A model generated the notes under the pieces. The model searched no databases. It saw only the letters and a program-made list of their open reading frames with translations, and was not told the DNA's origin. Of a DNA stretch of 64,000 nucleotides, positions 46,686-59,697 are shown piece by piece. Source of the stretch: Planctomycetota bacterium. Its GTDB lineage: Bacteria > Planctomycetota > B15-G4 > JADJEK01. The number at the start of each line of letters is the position of its first letter. The stretch's first letter is position 1. The stretch lies in assembly GCA_016213895.1 (NCBI GenBank), contig JACQZJ010000076.1, positions 1,291 through 65,290 of the forward strand, given 5' to 3'. Made by a program: the position numbers and the translations under genes.

Positions 46686-49600
46686 TCAGCCCGCCTGTTC
46701 GGCGCCGGCCGGCGCCCGCGGCGCCGTGAAGCGTCCCGTGGCAAGCCAGCGCAGGCAGTTCTTCAGGTCCTCGAAGATGAGGTAGAAGGTCGGCAGGATG
46801 ACGAGCGTGATGACCGTGGCGAACAGCAGGCCGAAGACGAGCGACACCGCCATGGGAATGAGGAACTGCGCCTGGAAGCTCTGCTCGAGCATGAGCGGGA
46901 AGAGGCCGGCGACGGTGGTGACCGTGGTGAGGATGATGGGGCGCAGGCGGATGCGCGCGCTCTCGACCACCGCCTCGAACAGGGGCGCGCCCTGCGCGCG
47001 GTCGTGGTTGACGCGGTGCACCAGGATGAGGCTGTCGTTGACCACGATCCCGGCCAGGCCCACGGCGCCGATCATCGACAGCAGGGTGAAGGGGTAGCCG
47101 GTGAGGTAGTGGCCGAGGACCGCCCCGACGAGCGAGAAGGGGATCACGGCCATGACGATGAGCGGCTGGGTGTAGGAGCGGAAGAGCACGGCGATCAGGG
47201 CGTAGATCCCGAGCAGCGCCGCCGGGAAGCCGATGGCCAGCGAGCCGAGCGCCTCGCGCCGTTCCTTCTCCAGGCCCTCGAAGCTGACCGACACGCCGGG
47301 GAACTCCTGGCCGATGCCGGCGAGCCGCTCGCTGAGGTCGGCCGTGATCTCCTCGACGTTGGCGCGCGCCTTGTCGACCTGGGCGGTCACGGTCACCGCC
47401 CGCTTGCCGTCCGCGCGCTGCAGCATGGCGTAGCCGCGCGCCGTGCTCAGGACCGCGACTTCGTCGAGCGGCACGCGGCCTCCGCCGTCAGTCGCGATCC
47501 TCAGCCGTCCCAGGTCCGCCAGGTCGCGCCGCGCCGCCTCCGGCAGGAGGACGCGCACCTTGACCTCGTCCTCCTTCTCCTGCAGCTCCTGAGCCTCGAA
47601 GCCGAACACCGCGTTTCTGAGCTGCGCGGCCAGTCCCTGCGTGGTCAGGCCGAGGGAGCGCGCGCCGTCCTGCAGCCGGAAGCGCGCCTCGAGCTTCCCT
47701 TCGCGCAGGTCCTTCTCCACCTCGCTCACCCCGCCGTAACCGGCGAGCAGCTCGCGCACGCGGTCGGCCGCGCGCGACGCCTGCTCCAGGTCCTCGCTGC
47801 GCACGCGCGCCTCGATGTCCGCCCCGCGCTGGCCGCCGCTTTCCGCGCGGAAGGCAAGACGATCGACGCCGCTGATGGCAGCGCTGCGCGCGCGCATCTC
47901 CTCGATGATGCGTGCCGAGCTGCGCAGGCCGCGCAGCTCGCGCTCCTCGCCCGTGAGCAGCTCGATGCGCAGCTGGCCGATCGTGGCGGGATCGGCCACG
48001 TTCTCCTGCCCGCGGTCGTTGAAGGACGCGCCGGCCACGGAGTAGACGCTCGCCACCTCCGCGTACTCCTGGACCATGCGCTCCAGATCGGCGATCACCT
48101 CGACGGTGCGCTCCTCCGGCGTGCCGGCCGCCATCTCCAGGTTGACGGTGACCGCCTCGGCGTCGATGTCCTGGATCAGCACGAACGGCACGATGCCGCC
48201 GGCCACGAGCCCGAGGATGGCGAAGAACACGCCCAAGGAGGAGGCCGCGACCGGGTAGCGCCAGCGCAGGATGAAGCGCACCAGCCGCTCGAAGCTGTTC
48301 TTGAGCCTGCGGTCGAGCAGCTCGTCCCGCGCCGCGGCCACGCGCGCGGCCAAGGCGCGCGTGCGGAACAGGAATCTCCGCGGCAGGCGGCGCGGGTGCC
48401 CGAGGTGGCTCGGCAGGATGAGGAACGCCTCGACCAGCGAGACGCTGAGCGCCGCGATCACGACCACCGGGATCACGCCGAGGAAGTCGCCCCAGATCCC
48501 GCGGATGAAGGCGAGCGGCAGGAAGGCGATGATCGTGGTCAAGACCGCTGCCAGGACCGGCATCGCGACCTCGTTCGCGCCCTGGACCGCCGCCTCCGCG
48601 GGCGGCATGCCCTCGTCGATCTTGGCGTGGATGTTCTCCCCGATGACGATGGCGTCGTCGACGAGCATGCCGAGCACGATGATCAGGGCGAAGAGCGAGA
48701 GCAGGTTGATGGTCGTGCCCCAGAGCGCCATCACCGTGAACGCCCCGAGCAGGGCGACCGGCATGCCCAGGGCGACCCAGAAGGAGGTGCGCACGCTGAG
48801 GAAGAGGGCCAGGGAGATGATGATCAGGATCAAGCCGGAGCGCGCGTTCCTGAGCATCAGGTCGAGGCGCTGCCCGATGAAGCGCGACAGGTCGTTCGTC
48901 ACGCGGAGCGTGGCGGCGCCGCCAAGCAGCTCGCCGTGCGCCGCGACGTACGCCTTCACCTTGGCGGCGATGTCGAGCGCGTCCTGCTCGGGCGTCTTGA
49001 ACACGACGAGCGAGACCGCCGGCTTGCCGCCGAAGCGGCTCTGCATGACGCGGTCCTCGAAGGTGTCGCGCAGGCGCGCGACGTCCGCGAGGCGCAAGGC
49101 CGTGCCGTCCGGCCGCGCCTCGACCACGAGCTCCTCGAGCTCCGCCGCGCGCCGCGCCTCGCCCATGGTGCGGATGCGGACGTTGCCGGTGGCGCTTTTC
49201 AGCTGCCCGCCCGGAGCGTCCAGGTTCCCCGCCGCCAGCGCGCGCCCGACCTGGTCGAAGGTCAGGCCGTGCTCCTCGAGCTTCTCGGGCAGGACCTCGG
49301 CCCAGATCTCCGGGCGGCGCACGCCCAGCACGTACACCTCGGACACGCCCTCCAGGTCGAGAAGGTCGTCGCGCGCGTCGAACGCGGCCTGGCGCAGGCG
49401 CTCCTCGGGCACGTCGCCCGTGACCACGATGGAGATGACCGGCACGTAGGGCCGCACCTCCACGATCTCCGGGTCCTCGGCCGACTCGGGGAACTCGGGC
49501 TTGACCTGGTCGATCTCGCTGCGGATCGAGTTGAGCACGCGCTCGCGGTCGGCGTCGTCCTCCATGGTCACGACCACGGCGGTCAGACCCTCGAGCACCG

Positions 49601-49847
49601 AGGAGCGGATCTCCTTGATGCCGTCGATGTCGCGGATCTCGCGCTCGATGCGCAGGGTGATGGCGCGCTCCACGTCCTCGGGCGTGGCGCCGGGGAAGGG
49701 CACGATGATGGAGATCTGCTCGGCGTCCAGCGCCGGGAAGAACTCGCGCACCAGCGTGAACCAGAAGTAGAGCCCGCTGGCGATGATCCCCGCCATCAGC
49801 AGGTTGACGGCCACGGGGTTGTCGACCGAGAAGCGCGGGAGGTTCAC
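46686..49847 (-). CDS. RND-family efflux transporter (AcrB/CzcA-like inner membrane pump)
   Basis: VNLPRFSVDNPVAVNLLMAGII is the typical RND N-terminus (GTG start). The length (about 1050 aa) and the 12-TM plus two periplasmic loop layout fit the family. The GTG overlaps the MFP stop (GTGA). Confidence 0.9.
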   Translation of the reverse strand: MNLPRFSVDNPVAVNLLMAGIIASGLYFWFTLVREFFPALDAEQISIIVPFPGATPEDVERAITLRIEREIRDIDGIKEIRSSVLEGLTAVVVTMEDDADRERVLNSIRSEIDQVKPEFPESAEDPEIVEVRPYVPVISIVVTGDVPEERLRQAAFDARDDLLDLEGVSEVYVLGVRRPEIWAEVLPEKLEEHGLTFDQVGRALAAGNLDAPGGQLKSATGNVRIRTMGEARRAAELEELVVEARPDGTALRLADVARLRDTFEDRVMQSRFGGKPAVSLVVFKTPEQDALDIAAKVKAYVAAHGELLGGAATLRVTNDLSRFIGQRLDLMLRNARSGLILIIISLALFLSVRTSFWVALGMPVALLGAFTVMALWGTTINLLSLFALIIVLGMLVDDAIVIGENIHAKIDEGMPPAEAAVQGANEVAMPVLAAVLTTIIAFLPLAFIRGIWGDFLGVIPVVVIAALSVSLVEAFLILPSHLGHPRRLPRRFLFRTRALAARVAAARDELLDRRLKNSFERLVRFILRWRYPVAASSLGVFFAILGLVAGGIVPFVLIQDIDAEAVTVNLEMAAGTPEERTVEVIADLERMVQEYAEVASVYSVAGASFNDRGQENVADPATIGQLRIELLTGEERELRGLRSSARIIEEMRARSAAISGVDRLAFRAESGGQRGADIEARVRSEDLEQASRAADRVRELLAGYGGVSEVEKDLREGKLEARFRLQDGARSLGLTTQGLAAQLRNAVFGFEAQELQEKEDEVKVRVLLPEAARRDLADLGRLRIATDGGGRVPLDEVAVLSTARGYAMLQRADGKRAVTVTAQVDKARANVEEITADLSERLAGIGQEFPGVSVSFEGLEKERREALGSLAIGFPAALLGIYALIAVLFRSYTQPLIVMAVIPFSLVGAVLGHYLTGYPFTLLSMIGAVGLAGIVVNDSLILVHRVNHDRAQGAPLFEAVVESARIRLRPIILTTVTTVAGLFPLMLEQSFQAQFLIPMAVSLVFGLLFATVITLVILPTFYLIFEDLKNCLRWLATGRFTAPRAPAGAEQAG

Positions 49848-51190
49848 CGCGCGCTCCCGGCCTGCTCGGCGGACTCGATGGCCTGGACGGCCGCGGGCTC
49901 CACGCCCGCCGCGCTCTCCGCGACGCGGATCAGCGAGCCGCCGGCGATCCTCTCGAGGTTGGTGACGATGACCTCGTCGCCTTCCTCCAGCCCCGCGTCG
50001 ACCAGGGCGACGCTGGGCAGCAGGCGCAGCACGTGCGGCTGCCTCGGCGTCGCGATCGCCTCGCCCGCGTCCTTCCCCGCCTCGCGCTCCGCCACGTAGA
50101 CCTGCTCGCCGACGAAGGCGATGCGCGGGATGGCGGCCACTCCCTCGAAGCGCCTGCCGTCGATGGTCGCCACCACGAACGCGCCGGGCGCCAGCGCGGA
50201 CGGCTGCTCCGCGCCGGAAACCACCAGGAAGGCGTTGAAGGTGCGATTCACGGCGTCCACGTCCGGGGAGACGCGGGCCACCTGGCCGCGCCACGCCACC
50301 TCCCCGCCCTCGCTCAGGCGGATGAGCGCGGCGCTTCCGGCCTCGACCTCGCCGAAGCGCGCGGCCGGGAGCGCGACCGGCACCTCGATGCGCGAGAGAT
50401 CGATGATCTCGAAGAGCACGGCTCCCTGCGCCACGCGCGCGCCCGGCTCGGCGAAGCGCGCGCTGATGCGCCCGGCGTAGGGCGCGCGCACCACGGCGCG
50501 CTCCAGGTCGAGCTCCGCCTGCGCGAGCGCGGCCTCGGCGCGCGCCACGTCCGCCTCGTCGCTCATTCGGCGCGCGGACGAGCCCGCGGCCTCGGCCTCG
50601 AGCTGCAGGACCTGGCGCTCGAGCAGCAGCGTGGCGCGGCGCTGCTGGTCCAGCTCCTGGCGCGAGACCGTGTCGTCGCCGGCGAGCAGCTCGCTGCGCT
50701 CCAGCTCCTGGCGCGAGGTCTCGTGCTCGCGCCGCGCCACCGCGAGGCGCTTCTCCGTGCCAGCGCTCTCGATCAGCGTGCGCGCCAGGCGCGCGCGCCC
50801 CCCCTCGACCTCGGCGCGCGCGCGCGCCGCGGCGTTCTCCAGGTCGCGGGCATCGATCTGCACCAGCTCGGCGCCTTGCAGCACGGCGGCGCCCGCCTCC
50901 AGGTCGGCGGAAACCCAGGCCACGACGCCCGCCACCTCGGCCGCGACCTGGGCCCGGCGCAGCGCCGCCGCCTTGCCGTAGCCGGTCAGCGGCTCGACGA
51001 AGGGGCCGAAGGAGACGCGCGCCACGCGCACCGCGGGCCGGCGCAACGCGCCGGTGCTGCGCTCCGGGGGCTTGCGGCTCGCGGCCAGCTCGGAGAGAGT
51101 CCAGGCGCCGGCGGCGAGGAACATCGCCGCCAGTCCGATCGAGACCAAGATCCGCCACCTCAGGGCGGCTGGCGCGCGCGTAGAGGGCAT
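49844..51190 (-). CDS. RND efflux membrane-fusion (periplasmic adaptor, HlyD-like) protein
   Basis: The start is MPSTRAPAALRWRILVSIGLAAMFLAAGAWTL (TM anchor). Coiled-coil and lipoyl/beta-barrel-like segments follow (VVRAPYAGRISARFAEPGARV...). The upstream part of the 1348-aa track ORF is artefact. Confidence 0.8.
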   Translation of the reverse strand: MPSTRAPAALRWRILVSIGLAAMFLAAGAWTLSELAASRKPPERSTGALRRPAVRVARVSFGPFVEPLTGYGKAAALRRAQVAAEVAGVVAWVSADLEAGAAVLQGAELVQIDARDLENAAARARAEVEGGRARLARTLIESAGTEKRLAVARREHETSRQELERSELLAGDDTVSRQELDQQRRATLLLERQVLQLEAEAAGSSARRMSDEADVARAEAALAQAELDLERAVVRAPYAGRISARFAEPGARVAQGAVLFEIIDLSRIEVPVALPAARFGEVEAGSAALIRLSEGGEVAWRGQVARVSPDVDAVNRTFNAFLVVSGAEQPSALAPGAFVVATIDGRRFEGVAAIPRIAFVGEQVYVAEREAGKDAGEAIATPRQPHVLRLLPSVALVDAGLEEGDEVIVTNLERIAGGSLIRVAESAAGVEPAAVQAIESAEQAGSAR

Positions 51191-51273
51191 CCGCCGACTG
51201 TACCGCGCCGCGCGGGGCTTCGCAGCTTCTTGGTTGGGAACCGGAGGGGTTGGTCCGTGGAGCGATCGCGGGC

Positions 51274-51333
51274 GCTTCCCTGGTTCCCGGGGACGGATGC
51301 ACGCCTTCCGGTGCATCGTGCGCGCGACGATCG
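51274..51333. promoter_or_regulatory. Copy C of the conserved ~60-bp element; contains a perfect 7-bp inverted repeat GATGCAC-N8-GTGCATC (51296-51317); candidate operator in the divergent MFP-RND / ECF-sigma promoter region
   Basis: The sequence is GCTTCCCTGGTTCCCGGGGACGGATGCACGCCTTCCGGTGCATCGTGCGCGCGACGATCG. The palindrome was read directly from the sequence. Confidence 0.6.
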
Positions 51334-51458
51334 TCGTGTGGCTTTTCGAGGCGGAGGCGATGCTGGCGATCCAGAGTCGTGAAGGTGCGCCGGGTGCAGT
51401 GTGTTCGGCGCGCGCTCCGTGGGCTTGCAGTGCGCGGCCGGCTAGGAGACAATCCAAG

Positions 51459-51545
51459 GAATGGCGGCGAGGAGACTCGCCACCAGTCCGATCGAGACCA
51501 GGTTCCGCCACTTCAGGGCGGCTGGCGCTGACGCGGAGGGCCCGA
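51459..51545. repeat. Degenerate direct duplicate (~85% identity) of the 5' coding end of the MFP gene (51095-51190) located in the intergenic region
   Basis: Compare gcggcgaggaacatcgccgccagtccgatcgagaccaagatccgccacctcagggcggctggcgc with gcggcgaggagactcgccaccagtccgatcgagaccaggttccgccacttcagggcggctggcgc. The start codon is lost in the copy. Confidence 0.8.
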
Positions 51546-51595
51546 CCGTGCCGCGGCGCGCGCCGGCCCGCGAGAGTGCGAAGGCCCAGCGCACC

Positions 51596-52258
51596 ATGGC
51601 GCAGGACGACAGGCAGCTCGGACCGCCGTCGAGCAGGATCCTCCTGACTCGCGTTCGCGCCGGGGACGACGACGCGTATCGCGAGATGTTCGCGCGGTAC
51701 ACCGAGCGCCTGGAGAAGAGGATGGTCTCGGCGCTCGGGCCCAAGCTGCGCCGCCGCCTGGGGGTCGACGACCTCCTCCAGGACGTGTGGACGCAGTTCA
51801 GCCGGAATGCCGGCCGCCTGGAGTACCGCGGCGGCGGGTCGCTCTACCGCTGGCTGTGCCGCGTGGCGGACAACGTGGTGCGCATGGCCCAGCGCGCGCA
51901 CGTGGTGTCGGATTGCCGCGCCGTGGCGCGCGAGGACACGTTCCAGCCGGCGCCCGGCTCCAGCGGGTTCGAGGCGCGCCTGCCGGCGTCCATCGACCCG
52001 TCGCCGTCGGCCGCGGCCTCGAACACGGAGCGCCTCGAGGCCCTCTCGCGCCTGCTCGGGCGGCTCTCGGACGACCACCGCGGGGTGATCCGGCTGGTCT
52101 ACGTGGAGCGGCGCTCGGTGGCGGATGCTGCCCAGGTCCTGGAACGATCGCCGAACGCCGTCAAGAAGCTGCTCGGCCGCGCCATGGCGCGCTGCGCCGA
52201 GCTCGCGGCCAGCGATTCCTTCGCGGCGTACCGCTCGGATGTCGAGCTGCGCGGGTAG
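51596..52258 (+). CDS. ECF (group IV) sigma-70 factor
   Basis: Starting from MAQDDRQLGPPSSRILLTRVRAGDDDAYREMFARYTERL there is a region 2 block (DLLQDVWTQF), and a region 4 block LSDDHRGVIRLVYVERRSVADAAQVLERSPNAVKKLLGRAMARC. Confidence 0.8.
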   Translation: MAQDDRQLGPPSSRILLTRVRAGDDDAYREMFARYTERLEKRMVSALGPKLRRRLGVDDLLQDVWTQFSRNAGRLEYRGGGSLYRWLCRVADNVVRMAQRAHVVSDCRAVAREDTFQPAPGSSGFEARLPASIDPSPSAAASNTERLEALSRLLGRLSDDHRGVIRLVYVERRSVADAAQVLERSPNAVKKLLGRAMARCAELAASDSFAAYRSDVELRG

Positions 52259-52276
52259 CGCGGGCAGCGCGCGAGC

Positions 52277-55417
<3,141 letters not shown>

Positions 55418-55505
55418 TGCGCGGTGCGGCGGCGACGCGGCATGGCCTGCCGGCCGAGGGGTCGATCGGCCTTTCCCGTCCGACGCTGCGGAGGGCCAAT
55501 CCGGC

Positions 55506-57095
55506 TTACTGGAAGGTGAGCGTCAGTCCGCTGCTGGCCGAGAAGCCGTTGACGGTCAGGGCGTCGGCGACGAAGGCCTGCGTGTGGACGGACTGGCCGG
55601 CGAGACCGGGCGGGACGACCGCGGCGACCGCGGCCTGGCCGCCGGAGTCGGTGAACAGCAGAAGGAGCGGCCCGACGAGCGGCCACACGTTCAGGGTGCA
55701 TGGCCCGGCCGGCACGCTCGCCGGCTGCGCGCCGAAGACCAGGAGCGCCGGGTTGTAGGGCACGCCCTCGTCCAGGAGCAGCGTCACGGCCGCGAAGGCC
55801 TTGAGGTCGCAGGGCGCCTCGATCACGAGCCGCGGCGCCTTGCCGCTCCCACCTGGGCAGCCGGACCCGAAGGGGCTCACGCCGTCGCAGCGGCCGGAGA
55901 TGAGGTCCACGCGCCACTGTTTGTGGTCGGACGTGATGGGCACGCGCCGGAAGTAGTCGCCGAAGCCGTCGCCGTCGACATCCTCGACGCCGGTGACCAT
56001 CCGGCCGGGCGTGCGGGCCAGCAGGTCGAGGCTGCCGCCGCGCCGGATCTCCATGTCATCGGAGACGCCATAGCGGATGTAGTCGGCCACGGCGTCGCCG
56101 TTGATGTTGCCGAGGCCGTCCATGGGGCTGTTGTCGCTGACAGACACCACGGACAGTTCCAGCACCGCGCTGCTTGTTCCATCGAGGAGCGAGATTGCCG
56201 GAGTCGATCCTCCGGCGACGCCCAGCGACCACGCCAGCACGTCGCAGGTACCATCGGCGTTCACGTCGCCTGCAGCTCCGGCCTCCCAACCGAGGAAGTC
56301 CAGATACCCACCGGTCCAGCAGCGCAGAAGCGACGCGTCGAAGCCCGAAAGCTCGTAGACGGCCCCGGCACCCGCCGGCTCGCCCGGGGCCCCCACGACG
56401 AAGTCGGGGCGGCCGTCCTGATTCACGTCCCCGACGGAGTCAGCAGACCGACCGTGGGTGGCCATCCAGACCGTGCCGTGAAGGTCGAACAGGACCGCGC
56501 CGTTCATGCCCGAGAACACCTGCACGCGGCCCGCGTCCATCACGCCCAAGACGTCCGCCGTGGGACTGGCCACGAGCCAGTCGGGAAACCCGTCGAGGTT
56601 CACATCCCCGAGGCCGGTGACGGTTCCACCGAATATGTCGTAGGCGGCGCTTCCGAAGCCGGTCCAGAGCGTGCCGGCGCCGCCGCCCCCTTCGATGCGC
56701 GCCATGCCCGCCCACGTGGCGACCGTACTGTCCTGAGGAGTCCCGATCAGGAGGTCATCGAAGCCGTCCCCGTTCACGTCGCCCACCGCGGAGACCTCGC
56801 CCGTGTGGTCCTCGGCGTTCTGCCCGAAGAACGTGGCAAGAGGACTCGTGCAGGAGATCGTCGAGTACACGAACACGGCTCCGGCATTCGGCGCCACTGT
56901 CGAATCGCGGAGATCCGACAGCGCGAGGTCCGGAAAGCCGTCACCGTTGAAGTCGCCGACTCTGCACAGGCCGTAGCCGAACTCGCTGTCGTTCGTACCA
57001 CCAAGCCAGGAGCAGAGGGTGCCCTGTGCCTCTGCCCTCCCACCGATGAGCCAGGAGATGCACAAGAGAAGGGTCGATGTCAGGCATCTTGTCAT
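55506..57095 (-). CDS. Secreted FG-GAP repeat (integrin-alpha-like beta-propeller) protein
   Basis: There is a signal peptide, and repeated GDVNGDGFDD, GDVNLDGFPD, GDVNQDGRPD and GDVNADGTCD blocks. Confidence 0.75.
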   Translation of the reverse strand: MTRCLTSTLLLCISWLIGGRAEAQGTLCSWLGGTNDSEFGYGLCRVGDFNGDGFPDLALSDLRDSTVAPNAGAVFVYSTISCTSPLATFFGQNAEDHTGEVSAVGDVNGDGFDDLLIGTPQDSTVATWAGMARIEGGGGAGTLWTGFGSAAYDIFGGTVTGLGDVNLDGFPDWLVASPTADVLGVMDAGRVQVFSGMNGAVLFDLHGTVWMATHGRSADSVGDVNQDGRPDFVVGAPGEPAGAGAVYELSGFDASLLRCWTGGYLDFLGWEAGAAGDVNADGTCDVLAWSLGVAGGSTPAISLLDGTSSAVLELSVVSVSDNSPMDGLGNINGDAVADYIRYGVSDDMEIRRGGSLDLLARTPGRMVTGVEDVDGDGFGDYFRRVPITSDHKQWRVDLISGRCDGVSPFGSGCPGGSGKAPRLVIEAPCDLKAFAAVTLLLDEGVPYNPALLVFGAQPASVPAGPCTLNVWPLVGPLLLLFTDSGGQAAVAAVVPPGLAGQSVHTQAFVADALTVNGFSASSGLTLTFQ

Positions 57096-57127
57096 CGCCG
57101 GTTCCTCGCTACGTTCTGATTACCTGA

Positions 57128-57711
57128 TCAGGGCACCAGGAAGGTCGCCACGAACATGTCCTTGGAACCGCCGGAGTTGGCTTGCGCCGCCGGGGTCGGA
57201 ATCGGCAACGACGAGCCGTCCGTGGCGCCGAGGCCGTCCGCTCCTTCCACCCGGATGGAGAGGTCGTTTACCGCGGCCGGGTGGTCCACGAGCAGGTCGT
57301 AGCGCGGCGCGCCGCCTTCGCACGTCAGCCGGACGTCGACGCCCGGAGACGCGTCCGGCCAGGTGAGATGGTCGTAGGCGGGGACCCTCGGCCGCCAGCC
57401 AGAGGGATCGCCGATCAGGAAGTGGAAGAGGCCCTTCTGGTCAGCGGGCGCCCAGATGGCGGAGCGAGGAGTCTCCAGGTGGAAGGCGACCATCTGAGCC
57501 CGAAGGCTCGGGCCAGCGCCGGTGATGGGAATCACCTGGAAGCCGTCGTCGGTCGAGAGCATCTGGAAGCAGCCCGCGCGCGCCCGGAAGCGGGGCGCCT
57601 CCGCGGTCGAGTCGGCGGCGAAGAGCGACGGCACCAGGGAGGCCCGGATGTCCTTCAGCTCGAGCGCGGTGGAAGCGTCAGTCAGCAGAAGAGAAGAGAA
57701 GAGAAGAGCAT
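57128..57711 (-). CDS. Hypothetical secreted protein
   Basis: Manual extension of the 168-aa ORF upstream to the ATG gives MLFSSLLLTDASTALELKDIRASLVPSLFAADSTAEA... (signal-like). There is no family match. Confidence 0.4.
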
Positions 57712-57954
57712 GGAGAGCCTCCTTCGGTGCTACGTGTCCTAATCCAACGTGTTGAGGATACCCGGTTTCCGCGCCGTGGCAACGGGTTTCTCAGGCCGGG
57801 GCCTGTGCCACATCCTGGCGGCGCCGCAACCAAACGCAGCGACTCCCCGGGCGACTGCTTCGGCGCCGCCGCGATGTGAAGATCCTGGCGGCTCGTGGCA
57901 CAGAAGCCCGCGGCCGTTTGTGCGCCGTAGCGGTCTGCCGTAGCATGCCGGCGC

Positions 57955-59694
57955 ATGGAGTTCGCCCGACTCGCGCGCGCGGCGCTCGTGGCCGTGCTGT
58001 TCGTGTGCGCCTGCGAAGCGCTGGCGCGGCGCGCCGGCTTCCTCGATCCCACGGTCATCGACGATCCCTACCTCGGCCTGCCCGGCTCGGGGCCGCTCTA
58101 CCGGCCGGCGCGGGCGCAGGACGGCGCGGCCTGGTTCGAGCGTTCCCCGAACAAGGAGAGCTACCGTCCCGAGCGCTTCCCGCGCGACAAGGACCCGGCC
58201 GAGTACCGCGTGTTCTGCATCGGCGGCTCCTCGGTGCGGTCCATCGCCTTCGTCGAGCCGGACGCCTCCTTTCCGCGCCTGATCGAGATCTACCTCGAGG
58301 CGCTCCTGCCGGGACGGGTGCCGCGCGTGGTGAACGCCGGCGGCGGCGGCGCCGGCTCCATCCAGAACCTCGAGGTGCTGCGCGAGGTCCTCGACCACGA
58401 GCCCGACCTGATCGTGGTCTATCCAGAGGGCGGCGAGAAGAACTACATCCCGCCGTCCCCGCAGGGCGTGCTGGCGCGGCGCGACGACACGAGCGCCCTG
58501 CGCGTCGGCGCGCGCCGCCTGCTCGCCCGCCTGCGCGTCTACCACGCGGTTCGGCTGGCCTTCCAGGGGCTCCTGCCGCGCGCGCGCGGCGGCGACGCAA
58601 GGCTCTCGGCCTTCTCGGCCTTCGCCATGTACGCCACGTCGCGCGCTTTCGCCAAGGACAGTTTCACGCGTCTGTTCGAGCTGAAGGCGGATCGGCCGCC
58701 GGTGCTCATGCGCCACGTCATTCCCGCCGAGGAAGTGGCGCTCGCTCAGGCGCGCCTGCGGAAGAACCTGGCGGCCATGGCCGAGTGCGCCGCGGGGCGC
58801 GGCGTGCCGCTCCTCTTCGTGCAGCCGCAGCGCAACCTGAAGTCGTCCTTCTACCTGCGCTTCCACATCGACCCGGACGAGCTCCGGCCGGACGCGCTCG
58901 AGGAGTGGCGCGCGGCCTACGCCGCGGGCCTCGCGGCCAAGCGTGCCGGGCGCCACGAGCAAGCGCTCGCGCACCTCTCTGCGGTGCGCGCGTGCTACGT
59001 CGAGGATCGGGACGAGATCCTGGCCTTCTACCTGGCCGAGTGCCTGGAGGCGCTGGGGCGGAAGGACGAAGCCCTCGAGGAGTACGCGCGACCCTACCGC
59101 AGGCACCCGCTGCACGACCTCCTGCGCGAGGTCGCGGCCGCGCAGGGCGTCCCGCTGGTCGATCCCTTCCCCGCCCTGGTCGAGGCGGCCGCGGGCGGCG
59201 CGCCCGGTTACGACCTGTTCATCGACTCGTTTCACCCGGCCGCGGAGACGAACCGCATCATCGCGCGCGCCGTGGTCGAGGCGCTCGCGCGTCACGGCCT
59301 GGCGCCAGGACTGGTCCAGCTTGACGGCGCCGCGCTCGCGGCCGCCGAGCGCGCCGTGGCCGAGGTGGTCGCGCGCGCCGCGCCGCCGCCGCATACGCTC
59401 ATGCTGCGCGCCATCCTCGCCCGGGACTTCGCCGAGGCGGCGCGCATCGGCCGAGCCATTCCCGAGGCGCAGCTCGTGGGCGACCCGCGGCGCGGCGTGC
59501 CGGGCGAGATGGTGGTCGAGCCGCTTTACCTCGGGTGGGCGCTCGCGCGCCTGGGCAGGTGGCAGGAGGCGCGCGCGCTGCACGCGCAGCTTTCCGCCAC
59601 CTGGGGCCGGCGCGGCGCGCGCCTGCCGCCCCTCGACACGGACGAGGCCATGATCCGGAACGTCTTCTCCGGCGACGTGTTCGCCTGGTTCTGA
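57955..59694 (+). CDS. Membrane-anchored SGNH-fold hydrolase/acyltransferase-like protein (DltD/AlgX-type) with TPR-like C-terminal half
   Basis: There is an N-terminal TM (LVAVLFVCACEAL). The GDS-like block VFCIGGSSV and the DSFHP (DxxH) block are present. The C-terminal helical repeats are TPR-like (EALGRKDEALEEYARPY...). Confidence 0.65.
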   Translation: MEFARLARAALVAVLFVCACEALARRAGFLDPTVIDDPYLGLPGSGPLYRPARAQDGAAWFERSPNKESYRPERFPRDKDPAEYRVFCIGGSSVRSIAFVEPDASFPRLIEIYLEALLPGRVPRVVNAGGGGAGSIQNLEVLREVLDHEPDLIVVYPEGGEKNYIPPSPQGVLARRDDTSALRVGARRLLARLRVYHAVRLAFQGLLPRARGGDARLSAFSAFAMYATSRAFAKDSFTRLFELKADRPPVLMRHVIPAEEVALAQARLRKNLAAMAECAAGRGVPLLFVQPQRNLKSSFYLRFHIDPDELRPDALEEWRAAYAAGLAAKRAGRHEQALAHLSAVRACYVEDRDEILAFYLAECLEALGRKDEALEEYARPYRRHPLHDLLREVAAAQGVPLVDPFPALVEAAAGGAPGYDLFIDSFHPAAETNRIIARAVVEALARHGLAPGLVQLDGAALAAAERAVAEVVARAAPPPHTLMLRAILARDFAEAARIGRAIPEAQLVGDPRRGVPGEMVVEPLYLGWALARLGRWQEARALHAQLSATWGRRGARLPPLDTDEAMIRNVFSGDVFAWF

Positions 59695-59697
59695 ACC

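Noticed and set aside
51274-51333. Sigma-54 (-24/-12) promoter inside the conserved element
   Set aside because: I looked for TGGCAC-N5-TTGCW on both strands of the three copies. The nearest candidates (TGGTTCC…GATGCA) have wrong spacing and wrong bases.
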